Origin: a bacterium
Lineage (GTDB): Bacteria; Electryoneota; Electryoneia; Electryoneales; Electryoneaceae
Direction of reading: 5' to 3'
Assembly: GCA_963669175.1 (NCBI GenBank)
Contig: OY769902.1
Span: forward strand, 1,504,001 to 1,568,000
Length of the DNA: 64,000 nt
This document shows positions 19,766-29,442 of this stretch, in pieces. The position numbers and the translations under genes were made by a program. Numbering within the stretch: position 1 is the stretch's first letter; every line of letters starts with the position of its first letter. A model generated the notes under the pieces. The model did not search any database and was not told the origin of the DNA. It saw only the letters and a program-made list of their open reading frames with translations.

Positions 19766-21997
19766 CTACTTCAGCAGGAGGATTTTACTCACATCCTGTC
19801 CCTGCCGTCCGGCCACACGCACAAAGTAAGTCCCGGATGCCAGAGCTGCTCCGTTAAACGTCAGCGAGTGAGTTCCGGCCTGCACTAATCCGTCCTGAAG
19901 CAGCGCCACACGCCGTCCCAGGATATCCAGCACTTCAACCGTGATCCTGTCCGCTTGCGGAAGTGCAATGTTTACCTGCGTCACCGGGTTGAAGGGGTTC
20001 GGGAAGACAGACGCGATACCGAAGCTTTCGGGAATCGTTTTCTGCGGATAGACAGGATCATTTATCCCAAGCTGATCAAAATAGTACGCCCCGATATCGG
20101 CGACCGTTGAATCCGGGTCAAATTCCCACGAAGGATCGCCGGCATCAATCAGCGGGCTTCCGGCGCTCAGGTGGAAGTAGCTGTCCGCGAATAACGGATC
20201 CACTTCACCCAGCATGTCATCGCCGACGCTGATGGCTTGTGAAAATGGTGTATCGCCTTCAAAGCCATACCATGCAGAAAAATCAATGAAAGCGGAGAGG
20301 CCATTTACCAGCCACTCCGGGGAGCCGTCAAAGAAGGTATTCACGATATACGCGCTAGTAACCTGGTTCGAAAGCGCGACATGGGCATCACTGCTGAAAG
20401 TGATACGATCCAGCTCGGAGAACCGGCTGATCGTGGTGCCATGCATCTCGGAACGTTTTAACACGACAAACTGGTCATCCTCGTTTTCAAGTTCAAACTG
20501 GTCGCCGAGGAACACAACCTTTTCCAGCACCATCGGGTTTGCAGGGCTGGTTTCCAGGTCTTCATGCGGAACGACTGTCATATTTCCAACTTCGAAACGG
20601 GCGTTGTACAGGTTCTGCGGGATCACGCTCCGAACATTGTATCCCTTGATGACAAAGTCATTCCAGGTGGTATCAGCAAGGATTGCCTGATCGCCGGTCC
20701 TCTCATCCCAGCCAACCAGGTTTGCAGTTTCATCTTCCCCGCCTTCGATCATGATCACAACGGGATTGTCCGGGGTGCCATCGATACGGAACTGCGCCCC
20801 GGCATAGAAGAAGAAAACACCTTCCGGGTCAGGATCGACAACATGGATTTCCGTACCCGGTCCAAGTGTCAGGTTGTTCCTGCGGAAATTGAAACGTGAT
20901 TGTACCGTAACCATGGTATCGGCCCAGACCTGGTCACCGTAACGGAAATCATCCGGGTACATGTGAGGCGGCGGGTTGTTCCTGAAACGATCATCATAAT
21001 AATACTGCTTGGCATACCCGGTGCCGCCACAGTTGGAACGGTGCATGTAGCCTCGCCGTTGCTGGACGATCGAACCAATTACACGGAAAACACCACGTTC
21101 ATCGGTTTCGCCAACATGATCACCCTGCGGATCGCACCAGAAATAATCATCCCAGGTATCATTCTGGTGCTCAAAGGTGATGCTTTCATCCAGTGCGACC
21201 AGCGCCGCGGTCACTACCAGGCTGGAACTGTCCGGCATCCAGCCGTGGTACACATATCCATTGCCTTGCCCATTGGCAGGGGTATCCGCGATATAGATGT
21301 TACGCAGGCCGATGATACCGACACGGGAGGAAACGGTATCGCTGAGCGTTTCCGGCCAGGAGTCGGGATCGACCCCTTCGTAAACAAGATTGTCAATCAA
21401 GTACACATCTCCGGCAACCCCGATCCCGGTGCCACCCAGGACATGATCCCCTTCGATCATCAGGTCGCCGTTGAAGTAAAGCGCCCGGTCGGCATCATAG
21501 GGGAAGGTTCCCTCTTCGGTGATCGGGCCATCACCATAAGGCACGCCGGCCTCCCAGCTCCGTACTAGCCATCCGAGTGAGGTTGCCCGGCAGATGTACT
21601 GCAGTGAATCAACAACACCTGAAAAATACGTTCCCTGTTCAGTAGCGGCCTCTTCCAGCCAGGTAATGGTTGAAGGGAGGATGACTTCTGGGGCGTTAAA
21701 AATTGGATCGTAAGGAGATATAAAATAAGCTCCTCCGCCATGAATAAAATCCTCTTCAGTTGTGCTTACATATCCAAAGCAAACCGGGTACATTTTTACG
21801 CCAATACCATCGTTCGAATGGATGTCGCCGTAGAGACTATCCGGCGTCCAGAACCAGATGATCTCGTTGAACTCGGTAACCTCGATATCACTCATGTAAA
21901 CATAATCGAGAAAAGCGGACAGTTGGGCAAACGAGCGAACAGGAAGAGACAGTAACCCAATGGCCACTGCCAGGATAGCAATTCGCAGAGCTTTCAT
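19766..21997 (-). CDS. Array paralog 5
   Basis: IWFWTPDSLYGDIHSN, WCDPQGDH..DERG, HRSNCGGTGYAKQYYYDDRF..PPPH, FPNPFNP; alternative start GTG at 22003. Confidence 0.87.
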   Translation of the reverse strand: MKALRIAILAVAIGLLSLPVRSFAQLSAFLDYVYMSDIEVTEFNEIIWFWTPDSLYGDIHSNDGIGVKMYPVCFGYVSTTEEDFIHGGGAYFISPYDPIFNAPEVILPSTITWLEEAATEQGTYFSGVVDSLQYICRATSLGWLVRSWEAGVPYGDGPITEEGTFPYDADRALYFNGDLMIEGDHVLGGTGIGVAGDVYLIDNLVYEGVDPDSWPETLSDTVSSRVGIIGLRNIYIADTPANGQGNGYVYHGWMPDSSSLVVTAALVALDESITFEHQNDTWDDYFWCDPQGDHVGETDERGVFRVIGSIVQQRRGYMHRSNCGGTGYAKQYYYDDRFRNNPPPHMYPDDFRYGDQVWADTMVTVQSRFNFRRNNLTLGPGTEIHVVDPDPEGVFFFYAGAQFRIDGTPDNPVVIMIEGGEDETANLVGWDERTGDQAILADTTWNDFVIKGYNVRSVIPQNLYNARFEVGNMTVVPHEDLETSPANPMVLEKVVFLGDQFELENEDDQFVVLKRSEMHGTTISRFSELDRITFSSDAHVALSNQVTSAYIVNTFFDGSPEWLVNGLSAFIDFSAWYGFEGDTPFSQAISVGDDMLGEVDPLFADSYFHLSAGSPLIDAGDPSWEFDPDSTVADIGAYYFDQLGINDPVYPQKTIPESFGIASVFPNPFNPVTQVNIALPQADRITVEVLDILGRRVALLQDGLVQAGTHSLTFNGAALASGTYFVRVAGRQGQDVSKILLLK

Positions 21998-22146
21998 GGT
22001 CACCCCCCCTAAGGGCTCATCCAGCAGTTCACGCGGGGATGCGTTCCGGCTGCAACTTCTTTTATGGTGGCCAGATAATCTTTAACTAAAATATGTGCGG
22101 TCTCTTTCGAGATGCAAGCGCCTCGGAAACATTGGAAAAAAAACTC

Positions 22147-22385
22147 GTCTCACGCAAAGACGCAAAGGCGCAAAGGCGCAAAGGCGCAAAGGCGCAAAGG
22201 CGCAAAGGCGCAAAGACACAAAGAAAAGATTAAAAACATATTTTAAGGTGAAAGAATAAACAATTTTATGTATATAAACAGAATGTAAGTACTTTTAATA
22301 TTACAATACTTACAATTAAAGTATAACTACTAAATCTCATGAGCGTTTATAAAATTGTTAGAAATAAATAATATAGTAGTTAAAT
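22147..22385. mobile_element. AT-rich element copy 4: left arm expanded to (CGCAAAGR)x8, right arm absent; interior orientation A
   Basis: 22153-22216 holds eight CGCAAAG[G/A] units, then CACAAAGA, then AAAGATTAAAAACATATTTTAAG as in copy 1; no CTTTGCG arm before the stop at 22388. Confidence 0.7.
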
Positions 22386-22387
22386 TA

Positions 22388-24634
22388 TTACTTCAGCAGG
22401 AGGATTTTACTGACATCTGTCGCTTGATGCCCGGAGAGGCGCACGAAGTATGTCCCGGAGGCCAGCTCAGCCCCATTAAACGTCAGCGAGTGGGTTCCGG
22501 CCTGCATCAAACCGTCCTGAAGCAACGCCACACGCCGTCCCAGGATATCCAGCACTTCCACCATGACATGATCCGCTTGCGGAAGTGAAATATCCACCTG
22601 CGTCACCGGGTTAAAGGGGTTCGGGAAGACAGACGCGATACCGAAGGATGATGGGATAGCCTGCTGCGGTGCATCGTGATCATCCACCGCCAACTGGTCG
22701 AAGTAGTACGCCCCGATATCGGCGATGGAACCGTCCGGGTCACGCGCACTTCCCGGATCACCGGCATCGATCAGGGGACTGTTTCCGTGCAGATGGTAAT
22801 CGCCGTTCTCGGGATCGACGAATCGTGGCTCAACATCCTCCAGCATATGCTCGCCGACCGCAATCTGCTGCCAGAAAGGATTATGCCCGCTGAATCCATG
22901 ATAACCGGAATAGTCTATGCTTCCACTCGACTGAGAGATCAGCGCTTCTTCATAACCCTGGAAGAAGGTATTTAGCACGGTCAGGTCTGGATTGAGATTC
23001 TGGATCGCGAAATCGGATGTGCCGATAAAGGTGGCCCGTTCGATACGCTGGCAGGAATTTCGCAGGGTGCCATGTATCTCGGCGTTTTTCAATTCAAGGT
23101 TATGGCCGCCGGGATTGAAAACCTCCAGGATAGTGCCAGTGAACATAAAACCATTGATCAGCATGGGATTCAGAGTGTCGATTTCGAGGGCTTCGTGTGG
23201 CTGCATGGTCACACGCGGAGCATTGATCTGAACATCTTGCAAGGTGTGCGGTATTTTCAGATTAATCCAGGTATTTCCGCTACTTTCGATGACCAGTCCG
23301 GACCATGTTGAATCGCTGATAACCCCGTGACCGTCAGTGCCCAGACTTTCCTCATACAAGGTGAATTCCGGCAGGGATTCCTCGTCCAGAAAGATACGAA
23401 CCGGGTTGTCCGAAGTACCGTTGATAAACAGCTTCATGCTGTCTGAAAGGGCACAGAGACTTCTCAAATCTCCCGAAACATGGATTTCGGTGCCGGGGCC
23501 TAAAATAAGGGTATTCCTGAAATACAACTGGTTGGACAGGAACAGGGTCGTATCGGTTAATGTGTGCTCTCGTCCCCAGAATGTGTTGGGGTACATGTGC
23601 GGCGGAGGGTTGGTAAGAAACCGCGCATCGTACTGGTATCTCGTGGCATAGCCCGTCCCGCCACAGGTGGAGCGATGGGTATATCCCCGCCGCATCTGGA
23701 CCAGGTTACCGATCAGGTTAATTGTCCCACGTTCGTCGCTCTGGCCGGGGTGCATTCCCTGAGGATCGCACCAGCGATAGGATTCCCAGGTGTCATTATG
23801 ATGTTCAAAGGTGAAGCTTTCCCCAAGAGCTACCAGCGCTGATGTTACGATGACATGTGAACTGTCGAAGTTGCCCCCGGATCGGTACAGCCCATTCCCG
23901 CGACCATTGGCCCAGGTATCGGCAATCCGGATGTCCCCGGCCGCGATGATGCCAAGGCGTGAAGTGATGGTATCGGAAAGGTTGTTTTGAAATCCGTTTG
24001 TGGGAACACCATCATACACAAGATTGTCGGTGATAAAGACATCCCTGTAAGTGTGGATTCCCGTTCCGCCGAGGATATGTTCCCCTTCGATGTAAAGATC
24101 GCCTTCAAAACTCAGCGCCACGTTTGGCGAGTAAGGAACCCAGTCCTCCAGCTCCATATTTGCGCTGTCAGGGGGCGTACCCAGCGGGTAACCTGTGATA
24201 TGCCAGCCATCCATGGTGGCTTTGCATTGGTATTGACGCAGCAGGCCGTCATCAGCGCTGTAATGGTGCCCTTGTGCCTGCGCTGCTATAATCATCCAGT
24301 CATGGATAGTCGGGAAATAGACTTCCGGTGCATTAAACTGGGGGGGGTAGGCAAACCAGGGCGAATACCCGGCGCCATGAACGAAATCGTCTTCTGTCGT
24401 GCTGACGTGACCGTGGAATTGAGGGGCGTACTTTATCCCAATGGCACTGTTGGAATGCACATTACCATAAACTGTATCCGGTGTCCAGAACCAGATAATA
24501 TACCCGAACATTGTATGTTCGTCATTCGTCAGGTACATGTAGTCCAGGTAATTGGACAGTTGTGCGGATGCTGCTGGTGGCAGTAGAGAGAGTATGCCCA
24601 GAAAAGCAGTGGTGATTACTAACGATTTCTTCAT
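22388..24634 (-). CDS. Array paralog 6
   Basis: IWFWTPDTVYGNVHSNSAIGIKYAPQFHG, WCDPQGMH..DERG, HRSTCGGTGY..YDARF..PPPH; sorting domain nearly identical to paralog 5. Confidence 0.88.
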   Translation of the reverse strand: MKKSLVITTAFLGILSLLPPAASAQLSNYLDYMYLTNDEHTMFGYIIWFWTPDTVYGNVHSNSAIGIKYAPQFHGHVSTTEDDFVHGAGYSPWFAYPPQFNAPEVYFPTIHDWMIIAAQAQGHHYSADDGLLRQYQCKATMDGWHITGYPLGTPPDSANMELEDWVPYSPNVALSFEGDLYIEGEHILGGTGIHTYRDVFITDNLVYDGVPTNGFQNNLSDTITSRLGIIAAGDIRIADTWANGRGNGLYRSGGNFDSSHVIVTSALVALGESFTFEHHNDTWESYRWCDPQGMHPGQSDERGTINLIGNLVQMRRGYTHRSTCGGTGYATRYQYDARFLTNPPPHMYPNTFWGREHTLTDTTLFLSNQLYFRNTLILGPGTEIHVSGDLRSLCALSDSMKLFINGTSDNPVRIFLDEESLPEFTLYEESLGTDGHGVISDSTWSGLVIESSGNTWINLKIPHTLQDVQINAPRVTMQPHEALEIDTLNPMLINGFMFTGTILEVFNPGGHNLELKNAEIHGTLRNSCQRIERATFIGTSDFAIQNLNPDLTVLNTFFQGYEEALISQSSGSIDYSGYHGFSGHNPFWQQIAVGEHMLEDVEPRFVDPENGDYHLHGNSPLIDAGDPGSARDPDGSIADIGAYYFDQLAVDDHDAPQQAIPSSFGIASVFPNPFNPVTQVDISLPQADHVMVEVLDILGRRVALLQDGLMQAGTHSLTFNGAELASGTYFVRLSGHQATDVSKILLLK

Positions 24635-24973
24635 GTTGCCCCCTGGGCAGTGCCCGGTGTCCGTTTGCGGGGATGCGTACGGATCAAGGATTACAATAAA
24701 ATACGTTGTCTTGCATGGATTCTCAACATTTACATTAGAATCCGGTCGTTATTTATTCAGCAACCCTTCAATAAAAAAGAAGCAAGGTTCTTGTTACACA
24801 AAAGAGGGCGAAACAAATAGAAAGTCCGGATCAAGGTATTTGCCAATGTTCACTAAAGTTACCGAATCCGGTTGATGCACGATTCCTGTCAGAATTCCAG
24901 AATACTGATTGCATGAGAATCAACAGATAAGTACCTTCTTTTAGAAGATTGTTCTGGATGGGAGAGTCTGCCG

Positions 24974-25822
24974 ATGGATGAAGGTCTGGGTTTAGGCTAC
25001 AAGTTGGCGCATGGCACCGATGAGCTTCCCAGTCTCACTCCGGTTGTGAGTGAGGTACTGCGTTTGTCATCGGACTCCCGGACCTCCGCACGGCAACTGG
25101 CCAATGTGATCGGGCGCGACGTAGGCCTGTCCAGCCGTGTGTTGAGGCTTTCCAATTCGGCTTATTACGCGCACAGCCGTGAAGTTGAGAACCTCGAACA
25201 GGCAATTGTCATCCTGGGCCATAATGAGGTCCGTAACCTTGTCCTGGTTGCGGGCGCCTATGCTGCGTTCAAGAATGGATTGGACGATGAATTGTTCAAC
25301 CGCTTGTGGGAGCATATGCTTCTGACCGCATTTGCCGCAGACCGGATCAGCCAGCAAATCAGCCCGAGTGACCATCAGCTTGCCTATATCGCCGGATTGT
25401 TGCACGATGTCGGGAAAATGGTAATCGGTCTGTATTTCCCTCAGGAATACAAACGGCACCTGGATGAGCTGAGTTCAACTCCCTGCCGAATTACCTATCG
25501 TGAACGCAAAGTGTTCGGTATTGACCACCAGGATGTCGGCGGCATGTTGCTGGACCGGTGGCAATTCCCGAAAAGCCTGGTTGATGTGGCTGCGAGGCAT
25601 CATGGTACGGATATGAAGAGACCGCTGGTCAGTTCGTTAAACCGCCTGGTTGAACTGGCAGACTGGGTTGCCTATGCCGCCCAGGGAAATGAACCCCCGG
25701 ATGATCCCGTTACCAGGATTCTGGGCGCGTTGTCAGACCAGGAAATCGAATGGCGCGACTGGATCGACCAGGTGCGTGACCGGTTTGAACGTGAAGCGAT
25801 AACCTACCTAAGGCTTGGATGA
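24974..25822 (+). CDS. HDOD domain signalling protein
   Basis: LPSL, D.GLSSRVLRLSNSAYY, AIVILG, LWEH, AGLLHDVGK, DHQDVG..L..WQFP, HH. Confidence 0.9.
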   Translation: MDEGLGLGYKLAHGTDELPSLTPVVSEVLRLSSDSRTSARQLANVIGRDVGLSSRVLRLSNSAYYAHSREVENLEQAIVILGHNEVRNLVLVAGAYAAFKNGLDDELFNRLWEHMLLTAFAADRISQQISPSDHQLAYIAGLLHDVGKMVIGLYFPQEYKRHLDELSSTPCRITYRERKVFGIDHQDVGGMLLDRWQFPKSLVDVAARHHGTDMKRPLVSSLNRLVELADWVAYAAQGNEPPDDPVTRILGALSDQEIEWRDWIDQVRDRFEREAITYLRLG

Positions 25823-27324
25823 GCAGCCACAAACGTAAGACCATGTATCTGGATCGTTTGAAGGAGGTCCAGGATCTTGTTGCCTATTCGCCCATCCTAT
25901 TACGTATCCGGGAAGTCGCAAACAACCCGAAAGCGTCTGCCGCAGATCTCGCCAATGTGATTCTGCATGACCATGCGTTAAGTACACGAGTGCTGAAACT
26001 TGCCAACTCTACCTATTATTACCATTACCATAAAAAGATATCCACACTTACCCATGCAGTCGTGGTGCTTGGTTTTAACACGATCAAGAATCTGGCGCTT
26101 TCAGTAAGCTTCTACGAATATTTCCGCCAGAAAGGCGCCGGCGCCCGGATTGACATGAACATGTTCTGGGTTCACAGTATCACTACCGCCATGTGCGCTC
26201 ATATTCTCGCCGGAAAAACAGGGTACAGGTCACGCGAGGAAGCGTTTGTTGCCGGATTTCTCCATGATCTGGGCAAGCTGATTATCGCTACATTCACCCC
26301 GGATGACTGGGATGCCATCGAAACCAAAATCAGCCAGGGATACAATCCACTCCAAGCGGAGTTTTACCGGATCGGAACATACCATACTGTGGTAGGTGAA
26401 TTTGTCGCACGGCAATGGCACTTCCCCGATGTGCTGCTTAATTCAATGTTGAATCATCACCGACTGGGGTTCCAGGACAACACCAGAAGCAAAGAGCCCA
26501 TGGTGGATATCGTGTTTCTTGCCAATGTCATTGCCAACCAGCTTTTCCCGGTACTGGGCGCGCGTCGCTTGAATATGCGCATCCTTCGGAAACAGACCTC
26601 GCAACTTTTCGATATCAAGAGTGACGAACTGGACAGCCTGATCCAGGAAGTGCATAAAGCTGTTGAAGAAACAGCCGAAGACCTCGCCGTACCCATGGTT
26701 CATCCCAAGTTGCTCGATAGTTCCGGCAAACGTGCGGAAGAATACATCGTGGAAGTGGAAGAAGAACCGGTTGTGTCCACGGTACATGATCCGATCAGGG
26801 AAACGTATGTCCGTAAAGCACAGGAGCTCAGCTTCTCGCAGGAATTTATCCAGTCGGTAGTGCTAGCGGAAACCGAAGATGATATCCTTACCATGTTGAC
26901 TGAGGGATTGGTGCGCTGGCAGTTGTTTGATCGTGTCTTTGTCTTTCGCGTGAACCGCAGAAAGAAGGTTCTTGATGGGAAAATGGCCTATGGTGTCGAT
27001 TCCCAGGATTGGCTGAAAGAACTCTCAATCAAGCTGATTCCCGGGGAAGGATTATTCGCGGACGCCCTGCTGAATAACCGACCTGTGCTGGTGGCGGATG
27101 TGAAGCACTATCCGGACAAGGACGCTCTGGATACCCGTTTTATTCAATTCTCGGACACACGTTCCTTCGCTTGTGTACCGCTTCAATTGTGGGGAACCCC
27201 GGAAGCGCTTGTGGTGTTTGATAATGCCCGCTCAGACGCAGTGTTGACCGACGATCAGCTTAACTCGGTGAAGATGTATGCGCTTCAGGCGGCAATGGCG
27301 ATGGAAAGATTACAAAGGAGATAA
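25819..27324 (+). CDS. HDOD + C-terminal GAF domain protein
   Basis: D.ALSTRVLKLANS.YY, FWVHS, AGFLHDLGK, WHFP; C-terminal GAF (SFACVPL..DN); 4-bp overlap with the upstream gene. Confidence 0.88.
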   Translation: MSSHKRKTMYLDRLKEVQDLVAYSPILLRIREVANNPKASAADLANVILHDHALSTRVLKLANSTYYYHYHKKISTLTHAVVVLGFNTIKNLALSVSFYEYFRQKGAGARIDMNMFWVHSITTAMCAHILAGKTGYRSREEAFVAGFLHDLGKLIIATFTPDDWDAIETKISQGYNPLQAEFYRIGTYHTVVGEFVARQWHFPDVLLNSMLNHHRLGFQDNTRSKEPMVDIVFLANVIANQLFPVLGARRLNMRILRKQTSQLFDIKSDELDSLIQEVHKAVEETAEDLAVPMVHPKLLDSSGKRAEEYIVEVEEEPVVSTVHDPIRETYVRKAQELSFSQEFIQSVVLAETEDDILTMLTEGLVRWQLFDRVFVFRVNRRKKVLDGKMAYGVDSQDWLKELSIKLIPGEGLFADALLNNRPVLVADVKHYPDKDALDTRFIQFSDTRSFACVPLQLWGTPEALVVFDNARSDAVLTDDQLNSVKMYALQAAMAMERLQRR

Positions 27325-27333
27325 GACAAGATT

Positions 27334-28281
27334 TCAGCTTCTCCGCCTTTTCTTTTTCTTCTTCCGGTCACGTTTCCGTGTAGGCCAGTCGAGGGGTGGT
27401 TCAAAAGGCAGGTCATTTCTCCAGTTCAGCAATTCCACGAGTTGTTCATCCAACATCCCCGGCAGGCTTACATTTTCTGGTAAAGGAATGGTTTCGTGCT
27501 CTCCTCCCTTATCCTTTACGTCGGATAACACCGGCAACCGATAATGCTGTGCCGCCCTGAACAATATCTGCTGTTGTGATACCTCCATGCTTTGTGGCGC
27601 ATCCGGTATTTCCGCTGTCTTACCCAGCTTGAAACGGACTAATTGGACTATCCATTCCGTTGCATCACGCAAGTGAAGGAGGTTTGCTGTGTCAGGTTCA
27701 GGAGTGACCAGCGGTAACCTGCCCACCAGCCTGCGGATCTGGAACAACGGAAACTGATAGGGTGATTGTCCTGTTCCCCACAGGTCGGGCAGTGGGGCGA
27801 ATGTGATGCGCTTGCTATTGTCCAGGTTCTCAATTAGATCCTGTTCCGCCCGGAACAGTGAATCAGATAGGCATGCATTCTGTTCATGAGTAACGATGAT
27901 CCAGGGACAGGAGGTGCCTGATACAAGTTGTTTCGTTGCCACGAAAAACTGCTCAAGCTGCTTGTTGTACACAGCGGGGATAAATAGTCCGGTCGCAGCG
28001 GGGTACATCGTTGCTGCATGAATCCACAGGTCAATCCCTTCCCGGCCAAGCAGGTCGCGTGCTTCATTGCTTCTAATGTCGATTGGTTGCCAATTGAAGC
28101 CGGGATTTTGCGACAACAGTTCCAAACGGTGCTTGAAATACGGTTCCGGCGCTGATGCCGGCGCCATGACATCCAGCCCGGTGACGGTCCAGCCGCTTTG
28201 CAGGAAACTGAGGGTAAGGGATGAACCCAGTCCGCCCAGTGCGCCAGTTATTCCAATGTGTGGAAATTGATTGTCAGTCAC
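27334..28281 (-). CDS. Divergent NAD-dependent epimerase/dehydratase-like protein
   Basis: Rossmann [21 protein letters not shown]; no clear YxxxK catalytic motif; overlaps the kdsA stop. Confidence 0.6.
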   Translation of the reverse strand: MTDNQFPHIGITGALGGLGSSLTLSFLQSGWTVTGLDVMAPASAPEPYFKHRLELLSQNPGFNWQPIDIRSNEARDLLGREGIDLWIHAATMYPAATGLFIPAVYNKQLEQFFVATKQLVSGTSCPWIIVTHEQNACLSDSLFRAEQDLIENLDNSKRITFAPLPDLWGTGQSPYQFPLFQIRRLVGRLPLVTPEPDTANLLHLRDATEWIVQLVRFKLGKTAEIPDAPQSMEVSQQQILFRAAQHYRLPVLSDVKDKGGEHETIPLPENVSLPGMLDEQLVELLNWRNDLPFEPPLDWPTRKRDRKKKKKRRRS

Positions 28282-29119
28282 GATAGAGGCTCTCCTGCAG
28301 ACGTTGTGTGACTGCGTGCAGTTCCAGCCAATAAGGAAGATGGGTTTGCAGGATTTCCGGTGTAATCATATTGGCTGCATCGGAAGGGCTGCTGTCCGGA
28401 TCGGTATGAACTTCCAGGAACAGGCCATTGACTCCGGCAGCGATGGCTCCACGTACAAGGACAGGAACCATGTCACGGTTGCCGGAAGTAAAACCACCAC
28501 CGCCACCTGGCTGCTGGACGGAATGAGTACCGTCAAAGACAACTGGAGCGTACTCACGCATGATGGCAAGGGAACGGAGGTCCACGACCAGATCACGGTA
28601 TCCGAATGAAGAACCTCGTTCGGTAATAGTCACCGGAACCTCGCCTCCCTGCAGCACTTTGTCACGGGCAAATTTCATATCTTCCGGTGCGAGGAACTGG
28701 CCTTTCTTTACATTGACTGGTTTCCCGGTAGCCCCGGCGGCAACAAGTAAGTCGGTTTGTCTGCACAGAAAGGCGGGAATCTGAAGCATATCAACGGCTT
28801 CAGCTACTGTTGACGCCTGGTGCGATTCATGGATATCGGTGATGACCGGGAGTCCGGTTTTCTCACGTATGGCCTGGAGAATAGACAGACCTTCAGCCTG
28901 ACCGGGGCCACGTTTTGAACTTCCGGAGGTCCGGTTTGCTTTATCGAAAGAAGACTTGAAAATCAGAGGGATTTTGTAGATGGAACAGATATTCTGTAAC
29001 GCTTCGGCGATACGCAAGGCGATGTCCTCAGACTGCAAGACACAGGGACCGGCTATGAGAAAAAACTGGCCGTTTTTGGACTCGCCTATAAAATTCAAGT
29101 GGTTAGCTTTGTCTGTCAT
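28274..29119 (-). CDS. kdsA: KDO8P synthase
   Basis: [49 protein letters not shown]. Confidence 0.96.
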   Translation of the reverse strand: MTDKANHLNFIGESKNGQFFLIAGPCVLQSEDIALRIAEALQNICSIYKIPLIFKSSFDKANRTSGSSKRGPGQAEGLSILQAIREKTGLPVITDIHESHQASTVAEAVDMLQIPAFLCRQTDLLVAAGATGKPVNVKKGQFLAPEDMKFARDKVLQGGEVPVTITERGSSFGYRDLVVDLRSLAIMREYAPVVFDGTHSVQQPGGGGGFTSGNRDMVPVLVRGAIAAGVNGLFLEVHTDPDSSPSDAANMITPEILQTHLPYWLELHAVTQRLQESLYRD

Positions 29120-29338
29120 GGAGTACTCCTGTTCGCTTGCTATGTCAATGTGATCCAGGTCTCATTAATTTCTACACTCTGTGTCTATTTTCAAGACTTG
29201 ATCTTGGAATATTCGGTTTTTCTCGGTTAGAAATACGTCCCTTCTCGGGAGGGAATGTACACTAAAATTTATCGCAGGGACAGGCATTGCTTGCGATTCT
29301 TGTGTACCTTGAATACTTGTCGGTTCGGTGAATTTCGC

Positions 29339-29367
29339 TTGACATGCTGAATAGGGACGGTTAGATT
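29339..29367 (+). promoter_or_regulatory. sigma70-like promoter of the TPR/Agl-Glt-like cluster
   Basis: TTGACA-17bp-TAGATT, ~75 bp upstream of ATG 29443. Confidence 0.6.
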
Positions 29368-29442
29368 CACTTTACTCCGGCAGTGAACTATGGACCGTCT
29401 TTAGTGGGAGAGAGCGGGATTCCGACCAGTCTCGGAGTTTTA

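Noticed and set aside
9401-24634. Integron cassette array or diversity-generating retroelement
   Set aside because: No intI or reverse transcriptase; the elements lack clear attC RYYYAAC/GTTRRRY boxes; the genes are all paralogs; differences between paralogs are not adenine-specific by eye.
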